A stretch of 64,000 bases of DNA from Eledone cirrhosa. Its lineage: Eukaryota. Location of the stretch: positions 20,150,001 to 20,214,000 of the forward strand of contig OZ024758.1 of the NCBI GenBank assembly GCA_964016885.1, read 5' to 3'. Shown piece by piece: positions 14,118 to 26,422 of the stretch. How positions within the stretch are numbered: the first letter of the stretch is position 1; each line of letters opens with the position of its first letter. The position numbers and the translations under genes are program-made. The notes beneath the pieces were generated by a model. The model saw only the letters and a program-made list of their open reading frames with translations, ran no database searches and was not told the DNA's origin.

Positions 14118-14300
14118 GGTGGATAGGAAGTATCGGTGGATTGTCGGACACCATGCTTTGAAGCATAGAGCTATGTCCCATTATGATTCTAGTTCAAATC
14201 CCGCCGAGGTTAACTTTGCTTTTCATCCTTACGGGGTCGATAAAATAAAGTACCAGTAATACGCTGAGTAATTGCTAGGCTTGTGCCAAAAGTAGAAACA
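14118..14300 (+). mobile_element. Nin/Deu-domain tRNA-derived SINE
   Basis: B box gttcaaatcc, Nin domain ctttcatccttacggggtcgataaaataaagtaccag, end gcttgtgccaaaagtagaaac. Confidence 0.85.
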
Positions 14301-14393
14301 CTTATTAATTTCGTTGTATATATGTTTTCAAAATCGTTGCTCTCTTCATTTCTTGTTTATGAATTACGTCACTCGTAAAATGTTATTATAAAT

Positions 14394-14645
14394 TATCATC
14401 ATCATCATCATCATCATCATCCTTATAATCGCTATCATCACCTGCGTCATAATCATCGTTATCGCCATCGTCACCACCATCACCACCGTCACCATCATCG
14501 CCATTACCGCCATCATCGTTATCGTCAACATCGTCGTCATCATAGTAGCAGTATGACAATCATCATCGTCATAAACAACTTCATTAACGCCACCTTCACC
14601 ACCACCATACTTATCCTAATCATGGCCGCCACCACCACTATCATT
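14394..14645. repeat. Degenerate (CAT/CAC/CGT)n trinucleotide tract
   Basis: Seen directly. Confidence 0.9.
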
Positions 14646-14659
14646 ATTACCTTAGTTAC

Positions 14660-14833
14660 GCTGGCCTTGTGCCTAAAGTAGAAACAATTATTACCTTAGT
14701 TACGGCCCTTGCCATCCTGAGTTCAAATCCCGCCAAGGTTAACTTTGCCTTTCATCCTTACGGGGTCGATAAAATAAAGTACCAGTAATGTACTGGAGTA
14801 ATTGCTGGCCTTGTGTCAAACGTACAAACAATT
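14660..14833 (+). mobile_element. Two 5'-truncated Nin-domain SINE pieces in tandem
   Basis: A ~27-bp 3' stub followed by a ~130-bp copy, each bounded by attattaccttagtta. Confidence 0.8.
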
Positions 14834-14892
14834 ATTACCTTAGTTATCATGACCATCAATATCATGGTTAATCACCTTTTCATCATCAGCAG

Positions 14893-15197
14893 GTGAAGGC
14901 GCGTGGCTGTGTGGTTAGTGTTTACGACTTACGACTCCAGGTGGCGCGGTAGTTTTTAAGCAAGACACTTTAGTTCGTGTTGCTCCAGTCCACTAAGCCT
15001 GCAAAAATGAGTTACACCTGCAATTTGAAGAGAGAGCTATCCCCAAAATCTGTCACGCTGAATTCTCCCTGAGAACAATATTAAGCGTTCGTTAGTTTGT
15101 GTAGTGTTCAGCCACTTTCATGTTAATTTCACGAGCAGACTGTTGCATTAATCGTGTCTCCTGGAACGCGCGTCGTCGTATACGACGATGAGCCACT
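14893..15197 (+). mobile_element. tRNA-derived CORE-type SINE with a different 3' half
   Basis: Head gaaggcgcgtggctgtgtggttag, core agcaagacacttta...ttgctccagtccac, and a distinct 3' region. Confidence 0.7.
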
Positions 15198-15213
15198 ACT
15201 ACTAATAATAATA

Positions 15214-15714
15214 ATTGTTTCTACATTTGGCACAAGGCCAACCATTACCCAGTACATTACTGCTACTTTATTTTATCGACCTCGTAAGGATGAAAGGCAA
15301 AGTTAACCTTGGCGGGATTTGAACTCAAACCGTAAATGGACGTAACTATGCTGGAAAGCATGGCGCCAACCCTCTACCGATACTGCCAATTCGTCGCCCT
15401 AATGCTGCTACTAATAATAATTGTTTCTACGTTAGGCACAAGGCCAGCAATTACCCAGTGTGTTACAGTTACTTTATGTTATCGACCCCGTAAGGTTGAA
15501 AAGCAAAGTTAACCTCGGCGGGATTTGAACTCAGACGTAACTATGCTAGAAAGCATGGCGTCCAACCCTCTACTGATACTGCCAATTCACTGCCCTTACG
15601 GCCCTTGCCCTTCTGAATTCAGATCCCGCCGAGGTTAACTTTGACATTCATCCTTACGGGGTCGATAAAATAAAGTACCAGTAATGAACTGGTGATTGCT
15701 GACCTTGTGCCAAA
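15214..15714. mobile_element. Nin-domain SINE cluster (-, -, + truncated)
   Basis: Copies at ~15214-15399 (-), 15420-15596 (-) and 15597-15714 (+). Confidence 0.85.
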
Positions 15715-16270
15715 ATTAATTATTTAATACGATATTATTTCTCTTTTATTTTATTGGATATGTTTATTATCAGCTTTATAGATGCTGGGATATGTATACT
15801 GGGATATGTATCGGACTATTGCTTTCAATGCGCATGTCTATAAATTTTGATTTGTTATAAAATCTTGCTGGAATATGTTTTGTTAATTCTATTTCAATGT
15901 TCAATAGGTATACGCTCATAGTTACACATGCACATACCATTTATAATGCTCTTAGAATATATTTGTAGATGCACACACACACACACGCACCCACAGAAAG
16001 ACACACACGTGAACATATATATATATTTCCATCGACTGGTTGTTGCACCAGCCACAGAATTCATCATCAACAATGGATGAGTTGCATAATGTAAAATGTT
16101 TTCCGCTCTATTACATCATTGTTAACTAAATGGAATGGTTATTTCTGTCCAATGGTGAAACACAAAACATGACTAATTATACATATCTTGATTACATGGG
16201 GGAAGCGTTGAAATAATTATAAATAATAAACGATTTATGTAACATCAGCATCTTTATTAATGTTATTATA

Positions 16271-16506
16271 AAAGTACCAGTAATGTACTGGGTAATTGCT
16301 GGCCTTGTGCCAAAAGCAGAAACAATTATATCAGTATCGGTAGAGGGTCGGACGCCATGCTTTGCAGCACAGTTACGTCCCTTTACAGACTGAGTTCAAA
16401 TCCCGCTGAGGTTAACTTTGCCTTTCCTCCTTACGGGGTCGTTAAAATAAAGTACCAGTAATACACTGGGATAATTGCTGGCCTTGTGCCAAACGTAGAA
16501 ACAATT
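16271..16506 (+). mobile_element. Nin-domain SINE 3' stub plus near-full copy
   Basis: Same consensus; stub 16271-16326 directly precedes the copy at 16332-16506. Confidence 0.85.
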
Positions 16507-16524
16507 ATATATATATACATATAT

Positions 16525-16745
16525 ATCGACAGGCAGTCGATCAACGTTCGTCCAATCGGACCGAGGCCACACTGTTTCCTTTGCTATTTCCAGTTGCTAA
16601 AACTATATCGGTCGCAATTCCAGACAGTAGGAACAAATAAAGTATCTTGCCCAAAGACATAAGGCATTGCTCGGTGCAGGAATCGAACTCACAACCTCAG
16701 GATTGCAAATCCAATTTTCTAAACACTCACCCACCACGCGCCGTC
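16525..16745 (-). mobile_element. tRNA-derived CORE-type SINE
   Basis: Reverse-complement B box ggaatcgaac and core aaagtatcttgcccaaagacat. Confidence 0.75.
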
Positions 16746-17564
16746 ATATATATATATATTTATATATATATATATATTTATATATTGTTATACTTGGGGA
16801 GGGTCATATTTGTGTAATATATATATATATGGGGAAAGTAAAAGACAAAAACAAGACAGGAGTACAAGTGACGGGAGGTATTGAAAATAAATCGCGTACT
16901 AAACTGCATTTATTCAAATTAGATACCTAATAACCATTCATATATCTTGCTATGTGTATTGTAATCCGTTACCATGTCAGAATCTATATATACCCCTAAC
17001 CCGTCCGATTCCCGATCACGGCAGAATTTTTAAACGGAAAGTGTTCATGATTTTCCTACTGCACTGAACTAATATATTATTGTGCCTTTAGGAAACATGC
17101 CCACTGTTCAAGAAGAAATTAATGAGACCAAAACATTTTAACTAATTGCTGATTAATATAATTATATCATCTCTGTACTGAACAAATTTGAAATATTAAT
17201 CTGTGTGTGTGTGTTAGTGTGTATGTGCAGAGATATGTATGGATATATTACAAATTAAGCGAATGAAATCCTTCCCATGTTGTCCATATTTCGTATATAT
17301 ATATATATATATATATATATGGTATAATTGTCTTGCTTTATATATAGAAAGCATCCACCAAAGTAAAGGCGTGCAGTATATTTACTATTTTGTCTTTCAA
17401 TATAGTCGCTCATGACCGGAGAAGCTATGCTTATGATGATTGAAATTTCATCCCAAACAACAGTCCCTATGTTTCTATGAACATCACTACCCTCCTTTCT
17501 CAAACAGACCTCCTTCTGTATTTTACTTTATTCTTTCTCCCAGTTTCTCTTTACATATACATAT

Positions 17565-17624
<60 letters not shown>

Positions 17625-17685
17625 CTTCTCTCTCTTATATATATATATATATATAATCTCCCTCTCTCTTTTATAAATATATATA

Positions 17686-17744
<59 letters not shown>

Positions 17745-18276
17745 TCACATTTGAAAAGCTGTATCCTTGCTCCCGCTTATTAGTTGGCATGTGTGCCTGT
17801 CTTTGTGATTCTGTATTAATCTTTATGAAGTACTTGCTGGCAACTAGGATTAAAAGCTGCATTGAAGCACTTAACTCTACTTTTCCATACATCCTATTGT
17901 GTTTTTTGTCTTTCGAACCTTAGGAAGTGCATTTATTGCTTTTTTGGTTTCTTTTTACTAATAATATATTTTCTTTATCGGTCAGTAATAATAATTGAAA
18001 GACGTAATCATAAAATATTGATTAGGTTGGGGGCGTTAAAAGATCTAGATCACAATAGTATTGCACTCGATGTATTACAATGTCTTCTTCCGTGACAGTA
18101 AACCTTTTCTAATATCTAGGCATTATCCTTGCCTGGTAATTAACTAGCAACACATATCACCCCTGTGTAACTAAACTCCTCTTTTTTGTAAATATCTAAG
18201 CAATGAAAGCTTCATGCCAATAATATTTTACTACTTATCTTTAATAGAACATAATACATTATATATATTATGTTAA

Positions 18277-18420
18277 TTGTTTCTACTTTTGGCACAAAGC
18301 CAGCACATATCCCAGTGCATTACTAGTACTTTCTTTTATCGACCCCGTAAGGATGAAAGGCAAAGTTAACCTCGACGGGATTTGAACTCAGATTGTTAAG
18401 GCCCGTAACTCCATGCTGCA
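18277..18420 (-). mobile_element. 5'-truncated Nin-domain SINE
   Basis: Same consensus. Confidence 0.85.
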
Positions 18421-19049
18421 AATGGGATGTACAAAGTCATACGCTTTCCCCCAAAATACCAGTAATATGTTGGTACTTATTCGTAATAGAATATAATATA
18501 TTATATATATTATGTTAATGAGATGTAGAAAGTCATACTATTTCCCAAATAACTACAATATACGTGATTTTAATTAGTTTCGTTTAGGAATCGATATCGT
18601 CCCGCATGCTTGACTACCAAAAAAACTTACCACACTTGGTATATCAAAGTCTGATGTTTATAATGATATACGAATCTATAGGAAAATATATTGATTTTTT
18701 GCTGATTCGTACTACCTCACGTTTTGAGAACTAGATCATTGAGATTGCTACACAAATACCGACTTATAGTTTTCTATCTTTAAACTATAACCCTCGTCAT
18801 GTTTTTATGAACGAGATAAAGTAGATTTGCTTCGAAAATTAAAACTAGATTTCGATTAAACTTTGTATATATCGTGACGATTAAAAACAAGGAATACTTA
18901 AAGAAATGACATAGACATTTTATAAAAGGAATAGATTTGTAAGTTGTTCATAAATGTTAACACTACTTATGTAAAGTGACTTCATTATAATTAAATATTC
19001 CAAATGATCTTCTTGTTTTCATGAAAATACGATATTTCAAATGATTATA

Positions 19050-19330
19050 TGAAGGTGAGTGGCTTAGTGGTGAGATGGTTAGATTTGCAATCGTGAGTTT
19101 GCGAGTTCAATTCTTGGAGTTGGTGATGCGTTGTGTTCCTTGAGCAGTATATTTTATTTCACGTTGCTTTTTCTGCCAGCCGATGGGTCCGGTAGATAGT
19201 TGCAGCAATCGGCCGTATAATGGAAACATTGTTTCCTTGGTCCGATTTGAAGAAGTCCTCCCCATTCGGCAAGCAAATGTGGTCTGCGATCTTGCCTATC
19301 GATGAGAGGGAATAACGATGGCCAGCAATT
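19050..19330 (+). mobile_element. tRNA-derived CORE-type SINE
   Basis: A box tggcttagtgg, B box gttcaattc; 3' part ggaaacattgtttccttggtccgatttga shared with 4024-4233. Confidence 0.75.
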
Positions 19331-20392
19331 TATATAATTAGATGAATAGCAACATCCTGTATCTAATGATTCATACTACAGGGACATTACTGCGCACGCA
19401 GGGAACATTTATAATTGCTACAATCAGATAGAGAAAACTTCATGTTTAATATGTACCGGATGTTTCTCTCTAAATCTAGAATTCTGACGAAACCTACTAG
19501 TAAAAGACTTTGGCTATTTTCATTGACAGCTTATTCAATAGAATAGAAGAGAAAAATCAAATAATTACCCTTGTCTCTATTACGAATAAATCATTATATT
19601 GATTTCCCACAATAATATAGCCGGGTTTCTTATTTTTGTCATGTTAGGCAACTACGTAAGGTGGTAAAGTATTAATTTCCTGTAGCTGTGAATAACGGTG
19701 TTGAGTTTTAATTCATGGCGTCATAATGACCTTGGAGTTATGATCGGACAATGTCTTGGGTAGCAAAATTGATTTATTGCAAAGCATGCAGAGCACATTA
19801 TAGCCTCCCATCCTGCTGAGACCATGACACTTTAGAAATACCCTTTTGACGTCATTTCAGTTAATGCATAAAGCTAATGCATTTCTAGATAACAATATGA
19901 AATTGCCTTAAAATAAAGGAGATTTATAATTATAGCTCTAACAAAATCTAATATTGTCATTGAGACTCGAGGGAACAGAATATGTAATCCTGTCATATAT
20001 ATATACATTGAATATATGTAACATTACAACGTGGATTGTCTCAAAAGAAAGAGCACTTATGTAATCTTCCATTTTCTAAGCCTGTGGTGATAGAAGTCCA
20101 TATATCATTACTTCTTACATATAAATATCTAACAGAATAGCCCTTCACTGTGGGGAAATATTTACCAGACAATTTTCTTTCATTCCATATCAGAATATCA
20201 GACCATGTATTCATTGTCCCTCATCATAGGGGTACAGTATTGAAATACGGCGTTTCCTGGAGATTTTAAGCCTTGCGGAGCCAATTCCTCTTCATGCCTA
20301 AATACAGCAGATTGCTTCCGGTGTGAGGAAGAATCGACCACAGTACTAGAATAGTACATTATTCTATCGACCTCGAATGGATGAAATGGTGC

Positions 20393-20460
<68 letters not shown>

Positions 20461-21645
20461 ACAAGGTAGGCATCAATGCATTCTTGCATCAGTTATTTCA
20501 TACTCCTGGAATCGCATTCAACGCGCCGCCATTCATATATACATCGTTTGAGCAACCACATGCAACAGAAGATATATTAGTTTCTAGGTAGTGATGCATC
20601 AACTGGCTTAGTATAAACAAATAACCAAACAAACACACACACACATTATATATATATATATATATATATATACGCACACACAGTCACAGACTCTCACACG
20701 CACACTAATATATATATATATATATACATTTTATATGTAAATATATATACAGACACACACACACTCACACGCACCCATATATGTATATATATATACATAT
20801 ATATATATGGCATGACATGTAATCTATTTTGTGCTTAATGTGCGTAAGAAAATGTATTTTAGGATTTTGCAATAAAATATTAATTTTTTTTTTTCAGAAA
20901 AAAAACAAAAAACTTAACGGAATTATATTTTTGGAAATTTAAAAGATAGAACTAAAAAAGCTAGATTGAGTATTTCACTCATATATTACATTAATTTTAG
21001 ATTCTTTCCAATTTTTGTTTTTGTACCTCTTACTTTTATCATTTACGTAGTCTCCATCGACATTGTTTATTTATTTCTTAGTTTCATACTGCAGCTTACT
21101 AGTTCTATCACCTTGGCGGGAAACGCTGTTAGCTAGCCAAAGAAATCAATAAAGCAGATATGTTCGCTGCCAAATGGCTGGCCGTTACATGAACAATAAA
21201 AGGCCCTTATAGCATTGATCACAATAGTTGCTGTGAAGAAAAAGATGTGGCACAAACGTCTGAATTGGCTGTTGGCCTTTTACTAAAGTGTCAACACATT
21301 GAAAACATTTCATGGTGTACACACCGCTGCAACTCAAATACATACGCTTGAACTAAACCACTGGCTGCATTTCTAGAAGTTATTTAACCATAAAGAAATT
21401 GGAATAATTCAGCAATTTACCATCTGCAGTTTTGGTAATATAATCGGAAAACTGCTTCTATCCACGATTTGCAAATGTCGCATTCTGTTATTTTATTTCA
21501 GATGTTTATGTGGTTCACTTCTGATACAAATGTGACCTCCAATATTCTGCAGTTCGACAATAATTTTAATAAAATGCATGCAAACACTCCTGCGATTTCT
21601 GATGGGAAATATAATAAAAATGATAAAACAAAGCATGTTAGAATA

Positions 21646-21717
<72 letters not shown>

Positions 21718-22321
21718 CGCCTGTATGTGTGTTAGCATGTGTGTTTTTGTTTAAATGTCCCCTTGAGAGGTAAAGCATTCAATTTGTATTTCATAGGAAT
21801 ACGAGAAACTTTTAGTAATGCCTTTTCTTTAAAGCTCTGCTTTGTCTTGTGTGATCTCTCAAAGCCACTCATTTGGTGAAAGTGGCTTTTTATGCAAACC
21901 ACATTTTCCAAATGTTTTGACTCTTTACCAAATATTCTTTATGTCTTTTATAATAACTCATTCGCAACCACATTTGTATAATACAACTAAACATAAAAAT
22001 TATCGTTTATATTTTAATGTCGCTGTCCTATATAATCTCAGTTGTTTTATTGTTTTACTGTTATGGTTTCATGTTCTACATAACAATTGTTTATTAAAAA
22101 GCAGCTCACAGACCCACTGTGGGTATGTAGGAATAATTTCCATAACATTTTCTCTTAGGTTCTAACACTGTAAATAATGTTAAAACAGAATTATCTACTT
22201 CATGGAAAGAGCCACATTCGAGTTGTCCCTGAAGAAACAATACAAACAATTGTATATTGTTCAGCTATAAACGGTCGCACTGGTACTAGCACTTACAAAC
22301 ATGAAAATATACAGACGTATA

Positions 22322-22429
<108 letters not shown>

Positions 22430-22459
22430 TACATCTAGGGACTATAACATTCCCGATGT

Positions 22460-22504
<45 letters not shown>

Positions 22505-22756
22505 TAAATAGATAGATATATTTCTTTATTAGCCACAGGGGCACAAAAGAAGGGGACAAATACAAAGGGGGAAGTTTACATACAATAAAAACGTGTAAAA
22601 TGTTATCACAGATGGATAAATAGATAGATAGGTAGATAGATACACCCTGGGCAATATTTATTCAGTGTGTTGAAATTCAATGTAAGTATATATGTGTGTG
22701 GGTATGTGCGTGTGTGTGTACATGTTTGTATATATACATATATATATATATATAGT

Positions 22757-22914
22757 TATTAAAATAACAGTTTAAAGTTTACGCAATGAATCGCTGCTTT
22801 CACCCTTAACGGGATCTTCTGAAACTAATATTTGCTCTACGGTTCTTATATATTTGATATATAATTATTCTTATCGAGCCCTCTTTGGATGTTAGTCTTC
22901 AAATTTATTATTAT

Positions 22915-22920
<6 letters not shown>
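22757..22920. mobile_element. TA-embedded element, family E (other copies or stubs at 28858-28928, 29698-29832, 51698-51805, 53255-53296, 56790-56820)
   Basis: Repeated tattaaaataacag(a/t)ttaaagttta...cgctgctttcacccttaacgggatcttctgaaac directly after (TA)n. A shared right end (ccctc...agtc...tattattatta) precedes (TA)n in three copies. Confidence 0.7.
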
Positions 22921-22978
<58 letters not shown>

Positions 22979-23901
22979 TTGAACATGTTGAATATTGTTT
23001 CTTGTAGTTCATGTATATTAGAGGCAATCGCAATCATATTTATAAAAACTTCCACGCATCGTGGTAAACAGCACCTTAGGCATATTGCATAACCCTTAAA
23101 AATAATACATTTAGCTTTATACGTACACATACTCTCATTGAATTAAGTCTTAACAAGTCTTTGGGAATATTTCTCTGAATAATAATACGTTTCGAAATGA
23201 AATTATACGGTGGGGGAAGGAAGAACCAGAACTACAGAAAATTAATCATTTGAGCAATTATAGAGAACTGGCGCTTTTTAAAATATTTCTATTGATTAGC
23301 CTTTAGGGTAAATATACCTTATTTATTTACTGCCTTTTTTCGTTGCTTTGATTTTCACGCTAAGGTTTGAAATAAAGGTTGGGGGCAACAAATATTCGAG
23401 TACTGAAAATTAATAACCTTTTGAACATTCCTTGGAAGACAAATTGTATTTCGAAGTTTTATGTTACTATTATATAAAAATAAAAGAAATGATAAATAAA
23501 CGGTTAAAACATATTACGATGCGCAATGTTCCTTAATTCCTGTTCAAACACACCTTACTGTTTCTCTGACAATACTAAATATCGAATTATAATATGGCTT
23601 CTTATTTCTCTTATTATAATTTCTTTTTTAAATATACTTCTTTTCAAAATTATGGCGACGTTGTTCTTGTACTCATTGGAAATATGTCTACAGTTGTTAA
23701 AGTGGATGTTGTTGCTAAGGTTTTCACAACTACCAAACAATTATAGCTACTTTCCAACATTTAAAATGGCAGATAAATTGTGTTTGAAAAATATGAAGTA
23801 TTTGCGAATAATATTTTTTTCATGAAAATAGAGAATTTCACACACACGCACACACACATGCGTCCAAAGACTAACATATATGTACGTTGAGATATATATA
23901 A

Positions 23902-24099
<198 letters not shown>

Positions 24100-24135
24100 A
24101 TCTATTTGTATATGTCTGCCTATATATGTATATAT

Positions 24136-24366
24136 AAAATAAAGTTAAATAAAAAGTCAAATATTTAAAATTTCAGTGACAGCCATCTTTGGCTGTGACC
24201 TCTTCACGCAGTCCGAATTAGTGTGGTATAGACATATGTTGTTGAGTTGTATAATTTTGTCAATACTCTGATATGTCCAGTTCCTGGCTGGGTTGTTGTT
24301 TCACTGAGGAACTGGAATCATATGATTCCAGTTCCTCAGTGAAATAACAGCCCAACCAGGAACTGG
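24136..24366. mobile_element. Fold-back PLE-terminus-like element cut off by the adjacent LINE; palindrome 24277-24366
   Basis: ccagttcctggctgggttgttgtttcactgaggaactggaatcat|atgattccagttcctcagtgaaataacagcccaaccaggaactgg has no spacer. A minus-strand hammerhead-like motif gUGAAGA GGUCACAGCCA aaga UGGCUGUCACU GAAA lies at 24171-24207 (C3 mutated). Confidence 0.6.
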
Positions 24367-24367
24367 G

Positions 24368-25372
24368 CTTCTTGGAATCCCCAAGAAGATAGTGAACCTG
24401 ATATCACTGCTCTACACCCACACCAAAGCCCAAGTCATTACACCTGATGTGATGACAGAGTTATTTGAGATACTGGCTGGAGTGCTCCAGGGAGATACAT
24501 TGGTTCCCTACCTTTTTATCATCGTAATGGACTATTGTCTGCGCCTTGCACTGGAGAAACACCAGGACTCTGGCTTTATTGTAGCACCGGCTCACAGCAG
24601 GAGAGTTAGGGCGAAAAATGTATCAGATGCTGAATTCTCCGACGACATAGTTTTGGTGACAAATACAGTGAAGGAGGCAGATGATTTGATGCGGGAGATT
24701 GAGACTGTGTCGATGAGTGTGGGGCTGAGCATGAATGAGACTAAAACAAAATATCTGGTAGAGAATGTTGAGAGGCCAGAGGGATCACTATATAGGGGGA
24801 AAGCGGCTAGAATTGGTTGAGGGCTTCCTGTAATTGGGAGCAAAGATTGGGAATACAGAATGTGATGTGGTTAGAGGAAGAGCAATGCCTGGGTGGCGTG
24901 ACACAACTTGGGATCGGTGTGGAAGTCGGACCTTCGTAAAGACCTGAAAATCCGCCTCTCCATTGCTGTAGTGGAGTCTGTGCTGCTGTACGGTTCTGAG
25001 TTTTGGACACTGACCAAGAAACACACTCAGATGGTGGATGGGTGCAACACAAGAATGCTAAGGATGGCTCTGAACATTAATCCGTATACACTGAGGATGA
25101 AAAACTCAGAGTTGTATGGGTGCCTCCCAAAATTCAGCTCAAAAGTGACAGAGGAGACTGAGGTTAGCTGGACATGCTCCCCAACATCCAGAGTTGACAA
25201 TGTACTCAGTGCTCCTCTGGGAGCCCTTACATGGACACACTGGAAGAGGAAGACCAAGGTTAACGTATGTTGATGCCCTAAGGACAGACACTGGTCTGTT
25301 GGAGATAATGAGGGACAGAGACCGCTGGAGAGAATTCGTCCATGGATCTCGGGAATTTTACCCCCACCCCCT
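24368..25372 (+). mobile_element. 5'-truncated, frameshifted RTE-like non-LTR retrotransposon (RT C-terminal half)
   Basis: Consecutive ORF pieces show RT motifs: GVLQGDTLVPYLFIIVMDY, EFSDDIVL (the YADD box equivalent), [50 protein letters not shown]. Several frameshifts. Confidence 0.9.
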
Positions 25373-25421
25373 ACATATATATATATACAAATATATATAT
25401 ATATATATATTTATATATGTT

Positions 25422-25521
<100 letters not shown>

Positions 25522-25649
25522 AAGTTATATTTAAAATTGTTGGGTTACAACTAGTAAATATTTATAACTGATATAAAAGCACTCGACAAATACTTGGAGT
25601 ATATTTACAATATTAAATAAATGGAAAACTATATTTATAAAACCATATT

Positions 25650-25715
25650 TATTTCATTATATATATTTCGGGGATATCATATTAACAATATGCTATGCCT
25701 TCATCAGACAAAATA
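25650..25715 (-). ncRNA. Type I hammerhead ribozyme (family B, left arm)
   Basis: Mirror copy of 25881-25946. Confidence 0.7.
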
Positions 25716-25880
25716 CAATATAAACAGTTTTATAGATAAATATATTCGACATACCGTAATAAACATCAACTTCATTTGAAGAGGTTCACTCTAGCAGACT
25801 GCTAGAGTGAACCTCTTCAAATGAAGTTGATGTTTATTACGGTATGTCGAATATATTTATCTATAAAACTGTTTATATTG

Positions 25881-25946
25881 TATTTTGTCTGATGAAGGCA
25901 TAGCATATTGTTAATATGATATCCCCGAAATATATATAATGAAATA
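25881..25946 (+). ncRNA. Type I hammerhead ribozyme (family B, right arm)
   Basis: UAUUUUGU CUGAUGA AGGCAUAGCAUAUU guu AAUAUGAUAUCCCC GAAAU auau AUA/ AUGAAAUA. Confidence 0.7.
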
Positions 25947-25984
25947 AATATGGTTTTATAAATATAGTTTTCCATTTATTTAAT

Positions 25985-26044
<60 letters not shown>

Positions 26045-26353
26045 AATATTATAAACGGACACATGTGTTTTCGTGTTAGTGTGCATGTTTGGTACTTGTA
26101 CATCTATAAGTATTCTAATGGTCGAATATAAATCAGTCATTGTGATTGAAATAACCAACTTCAATATCAGAAGTTGTTGAAGGAATAAACTCCACAGATG
26201 TATCTTTAGATGTTTCTAACTCTATTTTTTCCACTTCTTTGAAGTGAAATCTAAAATAAGTTGAATTATATAATCATATTTCTAATTATATAGAGAAAGT
26301 GAATTTAAAGGATATATTAATGTGATAATATATAATAACATAAATCAAATATA

Positions 26354-26422
<69 letters not shown>

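Noticed and set aside
18225-18565. Direct repeats around the SINE at 18277-18420
   Set aside because: They reflect an older ~100-bp tandem duplication interrupted by the SINE, which is ordinary.
25606-25990. Inverted repeats as sequencing or amplification fold-back artefacts, or as MITEs
   Set aside because: Outer ends recur at the same family-specific positions at independent loci, most arms carry mismatches, and the structures are asymmetric with variable centres. Raw reads are still needed to exclude an artefact for this one perfect copy.
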